In this document: one piece after another, positions 19,327-27,672 of the stretch
How positions within the stretch are numbered: position 1 is the first letter of the stretch
Layout: every line of letters starts with the position of its first letter
Assembly (NCBI GenBank): GCA_041498955.1
Contig: JBGQJJ010000001.1
Coordinates: forward strand, 1-28,418
Reading direction: 5' to 3'
Length of the DNA stretch: 28,418 nucleotides
Source of the DNA: Terriglobia bacterium
GTDB lineage: Bacteria > Acidobacteriota > Terriglobia > Acidiferrales > UBA7541
The notes under the pieces: model-generated
What the model saw: the letters and a program-made list of their open reading frames with translations, nothing else
Databases searched by the model: none
What the model was told of the DNA's origin: nothing
Position numbers and translations under genes: made by a program

Positions 19327-19585
19327 GTTGAGTTATCCTCTCCGAACTGTATTCCGCTTTCCTTTACGCGGCGATTAAAATGGCTTGCAGGCGCTAAGTA
19401 TTCTAAACGTCCGCCGGGATGGATATGTTTCAATTATATTTCCAGCGATAGCTGAACTTTCAGCCGCATTTTCGGCGGCCACCGTTCCAAGGCACGAAGT
19501 ATTGGACGCGAGAAAGTGCGTAAGGTCAAGGCCCGATGTCGATTGAACGGAGGAACTTCGCTATTCTTTCTTTCCGGTCAATATC

Positions 19586-19614
19586 TTGACAAGGGCGCGA
19601 GGGGCCGATAGTCT
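19586..19614 (+). promoter_or_regulatory. Candidate sigma70 promoter for pyrE-truA
   Basis: TTGACA-N17-TAGTCT; the -35 is part of a GTCAA-N4-TTGAC palindrome (19577-19590). Confidence 0.65.
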
Positions 19615-19623
19615 TGGCGCGCG

Positions 19624-20232
19624 ATGAGACCTGACGCCGCCATTCGAATCTTCGAGGAAGTAGGCGCGATCCGGCACGGCCACTTCGAGTTGACCTCGGG
19701 CCTGCATAGCGGCACGTACGTGCAATGCGCCCTCGTGCTGCAGTATCCGAAGTACGCGGAGCAATTGGGGCGGGCGCTGGCCGCGGAGTTCATGGATTTG
19801 CGCGTGGATTGCGTCGCCTCTCCGGCCATGGGCGGACTCATCATCGGCCACGAAGTGGCGCGAGCGATTCCGCCGCGTGCGGACGGCAAGACCATGCGCG
19901 CGATTTTCGTCGAGCGGGACTCCCTGGGGACGCTGACGTTGCGGCGCGGATTTCGAGTCGAGCCCGACGAGCATGTGCTGGTCGTGGAAGATGTGTGGAC
20001 CACGGGCGGCTCGACGTGCGAAACGATTCGCGTTCTGGAAGAGGCGGGCGCTCGCGTGGTCGCCGCGGGCGCGTTGATCGATCGCAGCGGGGGAAAAATC
20101 GAGTTACCCGTCCGCACCGAAGCCCTCGTGGACCTCAAGATCGAGAACTACGACGCCTCCGAATGTCCTCTGTGCCGCAGCGGTGACGTGGCCGTAAAGC
20201 CCGGCAGCCGCTATGCCCGCTCCGGCGTGTAA
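19624..20232 (+). CDS. pyrE: Orotate phosphoribosyltransferase
   Basis: GHFELTSGLHSGTY, PAMGG, FVER, PRPP-binding VLVVEDVWTTGGS, LIDRS. Confidence 0.93.
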   Translation: MRPDAAIRIFEEVGAIRHGHFELTSGLHSGTYVQCALVLQYPKYAEQLGRALAAEFMDLRVDCVASPAMGGLIIGHEVARAIPPRADGKTMRAIFVERDSLGTLTLRRGFRVEPDEHVLVVEDVWTTGGSTCETIRVLEEAGARVVAAGALIDRSGGKIELPVRTEALVDLKIENYDASECPLCRSGDVAVKPGSRYARSGV

Positions 20233-20238
20233 GTGAAT

Positions 20239-20422
20239 CCACAGATGAACACAGATAAACACTGATAAAAGAAAGAGAAAATCAAAGTAAGAGAGAACAA
20301 ATTTGAAGCGAGAAATATCCAACGCCAATTGCGCTAGTTGATGCCGATCACCGCGGAATCCATTTTCGCCCCGTCATTTTTTTCCCACTCATCGCTCTTT
20401 TCTTATCAGTGTTCATCTGTGG
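20239..20422. repeat. Miniature inverted-repeat element with decamer-periodic arms
   Basis: Left CC-ACAGATGAAC-ACAGATAAAC-ACTGATAAAA; right arm rc CC-ACAGATGAAC-ACTGATAAGA; purine-rich then pyrimidine-rich AT-rich interior. Confidence 0.7.
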
Positions 20423-20442
20423 TTCCATTGGTTTCCAATTCC

Positions 20443-21249
20443 ATGCGAAATATAAAATTCACGATCGCCTACGACGGGACCGATTTTAGCGGTTGGCAGG
20501 CTCAGCCCGGGCAGACCACTGTTCAGGGCGCGCTGGCGGATGTTCTCGAAAAACTGACCGAACGCCGGCTGACGATCTACGCCGCGGGACGCACCGACGC
20601 GGGCGTGCACGCGGCCGGGCAAGTCGTGAATTTCAGAACGCAATCCCCGCTGACCACGGAAGAGTTTCTGCGCGCCTTCAATTCCTTGCTGCCGCCCTCC
20701 ATCCGGGTGAACGCCGCGGAGGAGGTTGATCCGGACTTCCACTCGCGCTGGGACGCGCTGGCCAAGACTTACCGGTACCGGATCTTTCGCGGCCGCGTCG
20801 TTCCGCCGTTCCTGTGGAGATATGTGCAACACGATCCGCACGAGCTGAACTTTGATGCGATGGCCGAAGCGGCCCTTCTATTTGCGGGCGAACACGACTT
20901 CACCTCGTTTGCGGCCTCGACCGGTTCGGAAGAAGACGACCGCGAACGGACGACGATTCGGACGATCTATAGTTCCGAGTTGCTACGCAGCCAAAGCGGC
21001 AATTCTCAAACGGCAGCGGAGGAATGGGTTTACGTCGTTCGCGGAAAATCCTTCATGCGCCACATGGTGAGGAAGATGCTCGGCACGCTCGTAGAAGTCG
21101 GGCGAGGGAAACTCGTTCCGGCCGATTTGCGGGAACTGTTTGCGCTGCGCGATCGCTCGAAATCGGGACCGACGATGCCGCCGCACGGACTTTGCCTCGA
21201 AAGTGTGGAATATCCCGATCCGGCGAATTCGCTGGCTTCGAGCGAATAA
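20443..21249 (+). CDS. truA: tRNA pseudouridine(38-40) synthase
   Basis: IAYDGTDFSGWQ, AGRTDAGVHAAGQV, FHSRWDA..KTYRY, GKSFMRHMVR, GPTMPPHGLCL; ATG at 20443. Confidence 0.95.
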   Translation: MRNIKFTIAYDGTDFSGWQAQPGQTTVQGALADVLEKLTERRLTIYAAGRTDAGVHAAGQVVNFRTQSPLTTEEFLRAFNSLLPPSIRVNAAEEVDPDFHSRWDALAKTYRYRIFRGRVVPPFLWRYVQHDPHELNFDAMAEAALLFAGEHDFTSFAASTGSEEDDRERTTIRTIYSSELLRSQSGNSQTAAEEWVYVVRGKSFMRHMVRKMLGTLVEVGRGKLVPADLRELFALRDRSKSGPTMPPHGLCLESVEYPDPANSLASSE

Positions 21250-21277
21250 GATTTGGAGGCGCATCCAAAGGAAAACA

Positions 21278-21352
21278 GTAGGACAGCCACTCTTGGCTGT
21301 CCTCTTATGGCGTGAGGCAGCTGACAGGGACAGCCAAGAGTGGCTGTCCTAC
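21278..21352. repeat. REP doublet, GTAG foot, CTCT-loop class
   Basis: GTAGGACAGCCACTCTTGGCTGTCC at 21278-21302 and inverted copy at 21328-21352; same class as 4719-4820. Confidence 0.9.
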
Positions 21353-21363
21353 CGAAGTCGCGC

Positions 21364-21393
21364 TTGGATTCAAAGGAAGGCTTCGAGTAAGAT
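21364..21393 (+). promoter_or_regulatory. Possible sigma70 promoter for the small Cys/His protein gene
   Basis: TTGGAT-N18-TAAGAT, by eye only. Confidence 0.3.
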
Positions 21394-21455
21394 GGTTCGA
21401 GAAACAAGTGAATCGATCCTGAAAGCGGATTCCGACCAGAGAGGGGAAACGACGC

Positions 21456-21797
21456 ATGGCCGAGGAGACCACACCGCAAGACGCACCACCGGCAGCACCG
21501 CCCCCGGCGCCATCCGCAACGCCGCCGGCTGCGGCTGCGCCTCCCGCTCCCGCCGCGGCGGAATCTGCGCCACCGGAACAGAAAATCAAGGTGCGCAAAC
21601 CCAGGCAGCGCTCCTGCGATGAGAAGGATGCCAAAGGAAAACTTTGCGCCGGGCATCTCAAGCGGTGGTACGACTATCCAAAGGATGTGCAAGCCAAGAT
21701 CGGGAAGGACGCGGAAATTTATCGCTGCGAATTTTGCAAAACGCTCTACAAGCCCGACCCGAAGCAAATGCCTCACAGCTTTACGTTGCGATATTAG
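21456..21797 (+). CDS. Small hypothetical protein, Pro/Ala-rich N-terminus plus putative zinc-binding domain
   Basis: GAGGGG RBS; C-x9-C-x2-H ... C-x2-C pattern in a basic C-terminal half. Confidence 0.75.
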   Translation: MAEETTPQDAPPAAPPPAPSATPPAAAAPPAPAAAESAPPEQKIKVRKPRQRSCDEKDAKGKLCAGHLKRWYDYPKDVQAKIGKDAEIYRCEFCKTLYKPDPKQMPHSFTLRY

Positions 21798-21973
21798 TCG
21801 GCACGCAAAAGGGTGCGCACCAATAGTGTTGGCCTGATCCACATCTGGAACAAGGCGGGTTTGGCGGCTACAGGCTCCAAAGAGGTCCAATATTGTTCAA
21901 CCGTTGCGGCAATGAAGCAAGAGCGAACCACCCCTCCGAAATGAGGGCAGATGCCCGCGCGGCCGAGTGAGCC

Positions 21974-23245
21974 GTGAAACGTTTTCTCATACTACTTACG
22001 GCGGGAGTGGCAGTGACTTCGTTTATGCAAAATTTTTCTCGAAAGGCGGCCGCTTCGGATACCCCCACCGATCCCCGCATCGCACGCGTACTGGAAATCC
22101 TCCGCGGGAGCACGACCGCGACGACCGAGGAGCAAATCCGGATCACGGAAATTCCCGCGCCGCCGTTCCAGGAAAGCGTGCGCGCGGCGTACATGAAAAA
22201 GTTGTTCGCTTCCACTGGTCTGCGTGTGGAGACGGACGACACTGGAAACGTGATTGGCGAATGGGCCGGATCGTCGCCGGAGATCGTCATGGTGACGGCA
22301 CATCTGGACACGGTGTTTCCCGCGGGTACCGATGTGCGCGTCAAGCGCGAAGGGGGCAGGCTTCTGGCTCCGGGAATTTCGGATAACGGCACGGGGCTGG
22401 CGGCGCTCGTGGCCCTGTCAAAAGCTTTCCGCGAAGCAAAAATCAAGACCACCAAAACGATTTTATTCGTGGCGGACGTGGGCGAGGAAGGCGAAGGCAA
22501 TCTTCGCGGGATGCGCGCCCTCGTGGAGTCCTACAAAAAGCGCTTGAAGTATGTTCTGGCGCTGGATGGCTCGGCCACCGAGTATGTTACGACGGCCGCG
22601 CTGGCGTCCCGCCGCGTGGAAATCACCATCACCGGGCCGGGCGGACACAGCTGGTCGGACTTTGGCGCGCCGAATCCGATTCATGCGCTGGGGCGGGGAA
22701 TCGGGCGGTTTGTCACGGCGCATGTGCCGGAATCGCCGCGCACAAGCTTCAATATCGGCGAGGTCGAAGGCGGCACTTCGGTGAATTCCATTCCCTCGAG
22801 CGCGCATATGAAAGTGGATTTGCGCTCCGAATCGGAGGCGGAACTGGCCTCGCTGGAAGCACTTTTGCGCGACGCCGTAAAGGCGGGCATTGACGAAGAA
22901 ATGTCCGCGGCGCGCGAGCGCGGCATGGCCGGCGCCGCAAATCTGTTGATTCTGAAAATCAATGTTTTGGGTGTAAGACCAGCCGGGGAACTCCCCGAGA
23001 ATTCGCCGCTCCTGGCCGCTTTGCTCGCGGCCGACAGCCAGCTCGGTAACCGATCGCGCCGCGAGCGGTCTTCCACAGACGCCAATATTCCGCTGTCGTT
23101 GGGGATACCGGCGATTTCGCTGGGCGCGGGCGGACGAAGCGGCGGCGCTCACACACTCGAAGAATGGTACGACCCCGCGGGCAGGGAACTCGGCCTGCAG
23201 CGAGTCGCATTGACCGTGCTTAGCGTCGCGGGCCTGGAACAGTAA
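21974..23245 (+). CDS. M20/M25/M40 family metallopeptidase, probably exported
   Basis: Signal-like N-terminus; AHLDTV, GISDNG, VGEEGEG, GGHSW dimerisation insert, AHTLEE C-terminal His. Confidence 0.88.
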   Translation: MKRFLILLTAGVAVTSFMQNFSRKAAASDTPTDPRIARVLEILRGSTTATTEEQIRITEIPAPPFQESVRAAYMKKLFASTGLRVETDDTGNVIGEWAGSSPEIVMVTAHLDTVFPAGTDVRVKREGGRLLAPGISDNGTGLAALVALSKAFREAKIKTTKTILFVADVGEEGEGNLRGMRALVESYKKRLKYVLALDGSATEYVTTAALASRRVEITITGPGGHSWSDFGAPNPIHALGRGIGRFVTAHVPESPRTSFNIGEVEGGTSVNSIPSSAHMKVDLRSESEAELASLEALLRDAVKAGIDEEMSAARERGMAGAANLLILKINVLGVRPAGELPENSPLLAALLAADSQLGNRSRRERSSTDANIPLSLGIPAISLGAGGRSGGAHTLEEWYDPAGRELGLQRVALTVLSVAGLEQ

Positions 23246-23314
23246 GGAGATTTTTCTCTTCCCGGGTAGGATGCCTCAACAATTTTATTCGGTGAACCCT
23301 TTCGGAAGGGCAGC

Positions 23315-25297
23315 TCAAGGCGCGTTTTGGAATTCGATGGAAACAATCTCGCCATCCCACGGTTTTTGCGAAGCCAACAGGTAGCTGACTCGGGCTTTTT
23401 TACCGGCGAACTGAAGGCACGAAGGTTTTGCCGCTGCAGACTTTCCCGCTTCGGACTTAATTTCGATTTTTGCCGCGTCCGCGGCGTGTAAATGCATAAC
23501 GATCCCAGCGCTTTGTAGAGCGAATTGCATTTGCGGGGCGTCCTGGCAAGTGACCGCTGTGATTGTTCCAATCATGGAATACGGATGGGTTGGAGTAGGG
23601 GTAACTGGCGTCCCCTCGGTCGGAGCTGTAGCAGCTGGCGGATCGCGAGGAGCATCCGCGGGAGAATCGGATGGTCCCCCCGTCCTTCTTTTCATGACGG
23701 GGGCCGGACGATCAATTTCCGCTGTTTCCGCGCGCTTGACTCTGCGGCCGCTTTCTGGGCGATCAAGATTGTCCACTGCTTTCTCGTTCCTGGAATCGAA
23801 TTGCTGCGCGCGATCAATCTGCGCGAGGAATTGTGCGGCTTGCGATGCCAAAAGCCGGTCTGCGGATTTGGCAACGCCTTGTGCGATGGCGCGCGAATCG
23901 TCGAACTTTCCCATTCGCAATAGGATGACTGCCAGATTGAGCCGGTAGCGCGGCTCGCCCGGCATGTCTTTCACAGCACGCTCGGCCGCGTTCAGCGCTT
24001 TGTTCAACGCCGCCGGGTCGCTGGCGTAGAGACTCGCGAGCGCATCCCAGGCGGGGGCCAGTTCCGGCTTGAGTGCCACGGCTTTTTCGAGAGCGGTTTG
24101 CGCTTCGTCGACATCCTCCTCCGCGGCTCCGCCCGAAACCAGGAGCATTCCATCGTAGTAATAGGCCAATGCGCTTTTGGAATCGAGGGCCACGGCACGG
24201 GAAAAGTATTTCTGCGCCTCCACGCGCTTGTCTTCAAGAAAGAGAAGAAGGCCCATACTCTCCTGCGCCGCCGCCAAATTTGGATTGAGCCGCAGCGCCT
24301 CTTCGATCTTGGTTTTTCCAGCCTCCAGTTGCCTGCGGCTTACGTCGAATTCGCCCAGCGTGGCGTCTACTTCAGCGGGTGGAACGGTCCGGGCTGGAAA
24401 AGAATTGGAATCAACTGGGTCAGGGAGAGCAACGGCAAACATCGTGTACGTGGTCCTGGAAACGTAGGAGTCGAGCTCTTTCTTGAGCTGGCCCAGATCG
24501 CCGAAGGCCGCTTTCGCCGAATCGACGGGATCATCTCCGTTCTCTACCAAAGCCAAGTATTTGCTGAGTTGTTTACCTTTCTGTCTGGAAGCATCCGTCA
24601 TCAAGTAATGAATTAAGGCCCAAGACTCGGCATAAAAGACGTTCGTTTTTTCCGCCTCGTTGTAATAGGGCGAATCGTGCCCGACCCGGAACAAAACGTC
24701 CAAGGGCAGGAGCTTTGTCTGCGATAACACATAAAGCTCCGAAGCGTTGGGTTGGCCGAGCCGGCCGGATTTGTATTGGAGCGTGGCGCTCCCAAGAAAT
24801 GTCGCATATCCTTCGTTGACCCACACCGGAATATGTTGAAAGTTCAGATTGACGATCAGATGGACGTACTCGTGATAGACGGTGAGATAGGGAAATTCGC
24901 CTTCCACGTCGGTGCGTAAGGCAATGTAATTCGTTTCGGAGTTCGGCACGAACAGTCCCGCCGGGTGCGTGTTCCCCTTTTGCGCCCAATATTCGGGAAT
25001 AATTTGAGAAAGCGATTTTTCGTTCTTGGCCGCGATGATCACGATGGGAATTCCGGGATCAAGACGCAGATTTTGGGATAGCGCCCTGGAATACAGTATA
25101 CGAATCTGCTCGAACTGCTGGGCGATGCGGCGCGCGGTCTTCTCACCGTCATTGCTGAGCACATTGAAATGGGGACTCGCGACTTCCACCCAAGATTCCG
25201 GCTTATCGGCCGGGGCCGGGCTGCTCCAGAGGCTTCCCGCAATGAATAAGACGACCGCGAGGCAGGCGAGCATCCTACATGACCGCCGGGTAGGCAT
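23315..25297 (-). CDS. Secreted gluzincin-like (DUF1570-like) + TPR protein, intact HExxH
   Basis: Signal peptide; YHEYVH followed 15 residues later by (N)EG; several TPR-like repeats; Pro/Thr linker; small C-terminal beta domain with two Cys. Family name inferred. Confidence 0.85.
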   Translation of the reverse strand: MPTRRSCRMLACLAVVLFIAGSLWSSPAPADKPESWVEVASPHFNVLSNDGEKTARRIAQQFEQIRILYSRALSQNLRLDPGIPIVIIAAKNEKSLSQIIPEYWAQKGNTHPAGLFVPNSETNYIALRTDVEGEFPYLTVYHEYVHLIVNLNFQHIPVWVNEGYATFLGSATLQYKSGRLGQPNASELYVLSQTKLLPLDVLFRVGHDSPYYNEAEKTNVFYAESWALIHYLMTDASRQKGKQLSKYLALVENGDDPVDSAKAAFGDLGQLKKELDSYVSRTTYTMFAVALPDPVDSNSFPARTVPPAEVDATLGEFDVSRRQLEAGKTKIEEALRLNPNLAAAQESMGLLLFLEDKRVEAQKYFSRAVALDSKSALAYYYDGMLLVSGGAAEEDVDEAQTALEKAVALKPELAPAWDALASLYASDPAALNKALNAAERAVKDMPGEPRYRLNLAVILLRMGKFDDSRAIAQGVAKSADRLLASQAAQFLAQIDRAQQFDSRNEKAVDNLDRPESGRRVKRAETAEIDRPAPVMKRRTGGPSDSPADAPRDPPAATAPTEGTPVTPTPTHPYSMIGTITAVTCQDAPQMQFALQSAGIVMHLHAADAAKIEIKSEAGKSAAAKPSCLQFAGKKARVSYLLASQKPWDGEIVSIEFQNAP

Positions 25298-25314
25298 AGT
25301 CAGATATCTATCGC

Positions 25315-25339
25315 AGGAATTGCTAACTTGTCAATTCCT
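25315..25339. promoter_or_regulatory. Palindromic operator-like site overlapping a TTGACA -35
   Basis: AGGAATTG-N9-CAATTCCT; minus-strand TTGACA at 25329-25334; 18 nt upstream of the start at 25297. Confidence 0.45.
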
Positions 25340-25474
25340 CAATAAGCTGAATTGGAAACCGAAGGGCAAGGGTGAATTAGGTTTCGACGGTACCGGGCGC
25401 CCGATCCTTGCCATGTGAACGGAGGTGGGGATTTTCGGGCCTGAATCAGCTTTCTAAATATGGGGACAAATCTT

Positions 25475-27463
25475 TCAAGGCTGGCTGCGAAGTTCAACCG
25501 CTTGCATTTCTCCATCCCATGCTCTTCCCGAAACGAGGAGGTAGGAAATGCGCGCGTTGCGCCCGCGCAGGCTCGAGCAGGTTGTTCCTTTCGCCTCGGC
25601 GGCCGAGCCTGCGGACTTGATCGAGACTTTTTCCAGATTGGCCGCATGCAGTTTCATGGTGATATTTTGCGATTTCAGCGTGACCTGGATTTGCGGCGCG
25701 CCCACGCAATTCACATCCGTGATCGTGCCCACCATCGAATATACTTTGGAGGATTCGGCGAAAAGCGGCGGCGCCGGAGCGGGGGCCGGTTCTGTTTTGG
25801 GTGTTGCGGATACGGTTGACGTCGCGGAGGGCTTCGCTTCCGGTTCCGTTTTCCGCTCGATCCGCAGGCCGGAATCGGAAGGCGGTTTTGCCGGCGCGTT
25901 GCCGGCGGAGGCAGGCGCGACAGGAGGCTGCGGCTTGGACAATCGCGCGACCAGTTCGCCCGCCTTGTCGGCCGTGGCCCGATCGCTCGCGGATTCCTGA
26001 ACGCGCGCGGCCGTCTTGCGCGCTTCGTCGGGATGGCCCGCGCGGTCCAGCAGCGCCGCCAGCTGCAACTGGTAACGAGACTCTCCGGGCGCAAGCGAGG
26101 CCGCGCGCTGGGCGTCGGTCAGCGCCTTCTGAAGCGTCTCATCGCGTTGCGAGTAAATCATCGCCAGGTAGTACCACGCGGGTGCGAAGTCAGCGTTCAG
26201 GCCCGCAGCCTTTTCAAATGCAGCCAGAGATCCTGGCGGGACCCCAACATTGCCCGCTTTGTTCATGGCCACGAGTCCCTCGCCGTAAAAGTTGAGCGCG
26301 TCATTCGGATTGAGTTGCGCGGCGCGCTCAAAATGTTTTTGCGCCTCGTCCAGATCATCTTTTTTCAGCAGGATGTAACCGAGGCTCTGCTCCGCCTCGG
26401 CGAGCGAAGGTTCGGTCATCAGCGCTTCTTCCAGCTGGTCCTGCGCGTCCTCGCTCCTGCCACGGATGGCCTGGAAATCCGCCGTGCGCGCTTCGATTTC
26501 CGCCGCGGAAAGCGTCCGGGGAGAGCCGCCGGAATCGCTCCCGCCTGTGTCAGGAAAATCGGTTGGGGGTCCACTCACATTTTTGACGAAGGCGTCGAGT
26601 TTCGCTTGCAACTGGTTCAAATCGCCGAAGGCCTCGCGCGCCGCTTGCAAGGAGTCCGCTCCGGCCTGCACGGCGGTGACGTACCGCTCCATGGACTTCG
26701 TCCCTGCAAATTGCGGGTCGCTGATCAAAAAGTGGACCAGGACGCGCGATTCCGCAAAGTACACCGACTGCTTGTTTCCCGGGCTGTAGTAGGGCGAGGC
26801 GCGATCCACGTGCAGGACCAGATCGAGCGGCAGCAGCGGACTCTCGGACAGGACGCTCAAATCGTCGGGATCGGGCCGTTCCAGACGAACGCCGCGATCG
26901 CTGAAGGTCAAGTTGCCGTAGACCGTCGAGTAACCTTCCTCGAGCCAGGGAGGCAAGTTGCGGTAGCTGAGTTTCAGAATTTCCTTAGCGTAATTCTGAA
27001 AAATATCCGTAAAGCGAAAACGGCCGGAGGCATTGACGCGAATCCCGATATAAGTTTTCTCCGCGCCGGTAAAGATCAGCCCTGGAGGCTGGTCGTGGCG
27101 TTTGTCGTATGGAAATTCGGGAGCCACGTGGGCGAATGATTCGCCATTCCTCGCGGCGAGGATGCGCACGGGGACGCCGGTGCCGACCCGCGAATTCGGC
27201 ATGGTGGACTGGAACACGCGGAGAAGCGATTCAAACTGATCCGCAAACCGCCGGGCCGTTTTTTCTCCGCCGTCGCTGGCCACGATAAAATGGGACGTAC
27301 GAATCTCGACCCAGGGCTCGATCTTTTCCTTCTTTTCTTTTTCCGGCTTCTTGTCCTTATCTTTATCCGCAGCACGCACGATGGGGCAGAAGGGTACCGC
27401 GAGGAGAAACAGGGCTGCCAGGATGGCCTTAGCCCGAATGGAAGTACAAAGTGAGCCGATCAT
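25475..27463 (-). CDS. Secreted TPR protein, paralog of 23315-25297 with degenerate zinc motif
   Basis: Same architecture (WVE..(S/T).HF.V.S..GEKTARR; LLPLD; YSM.GTIT.V.C...WDGE), but QNYAK replaces HEYVH. Confidence 0.85.
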   Translation of the reverse strand: MIGSLCTSIRAKAILAALFLLAVPFCPIVRAADKDKDKKPEKEKKEKIEPWVEIRTSHFIVASDGGEKTARRFADQFESLLRVFQSTMPNSRVGTGVPVRILAARNGESFAHVAPEFPYDKRHDQPPGLIFTGAEKTYIGIRVNASGRFRFTDIFQNYAKEILKLSYRNLPPWLEEGYSTVYGNLTFSDRGVRLERPDPDDLSVLSESPLLPLDLVLHVDRASPYYSPGNKQSVYFAESRVLVHFLISDPQFAGTKSMERYVTAVQAGADSLQAAREAFGDLNQLQAKLDAFVKNVSGPPTDFPDTGGSDSGGSPRTLSAAEIEARTADFQAIRGRSEDAQDQLEEALMTEPSLAEAEQSLGYILLKKDDLDEAQKHFERAAQLNPNDALNFYGEGLVAMNKAGNVGVPPGSLAAFEKAAGLNADFAPAWYYLAMIYSQRDETLQKALTDAQRAASLAPGESRYQLQLAALLDRAGHPDEARKTAARVQESASDRATADKAGELVARLSKPQPPVAPASAGNAPAKPPSDSGLRIERKTEPEAKPSATSTVSATPKTEPAPAPAPPLFAESSKVYSMVGTITDVNCVGAPQIQVTLKSQNITMKLHAANLEKVSIKSAGSAAEAKGTTCSSLRGRNARISYLLVSGRAWDGEMQAVELRSQP

Positions 27464-27492
27464 GCTGTTTGAAAGCGACCCGGATCTCCGTC

Positions 27493-27501
27493 AGTTTACC
27501 A
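27493..27501 (-). promoter_or_regulatory. Possible extended -10 promoter for the TPR genes
   Basis: Minus strand TGgTAAACT, 30 nt upstream of the start; no clear -35. Confidence 0.3.
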
Positions 27502-27672
27502 GATAAGGCTTCCGGCAAGCGCCGGAATCGTCCTTCATGCGATTCCATTGAGGACGCGCAGGTTGCCTTTGTAGCCCCGGATCAATAGACTCGAACCGTC
27601 CATGAGACCTGCGCCCGCAAAAATTGGTTCTCAGGTGCGAATTCCACTCCCCGATCGGACCTCGCGGATCCG

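Noticed and set aside
19490-19505. Sigma54 promoter (GGCACG...)
   Set aside because: No GC at the required position 10 nt after the GG.
23297-23310. Intrinsic terminator between the convergent M20 and TPR genes
   Set aside because: Only a 5-bp stem with no convincing U-tract on either strand.
25302-25328. CIRCE (HrcA) element upstream of the TPR gene
   Set aside because: Minus-strand TTAGCAATT matches 7/9 of one half-site, but the second half matches only 5/9.
27540-27670. Riboswitch upstream of the EamA transporter (TCTCAGG resembles the glycine aptamer 3' end)
   Set aside because: Other conserved aptamer elements could not be found; an Rfam/Infernal scan would settle it.
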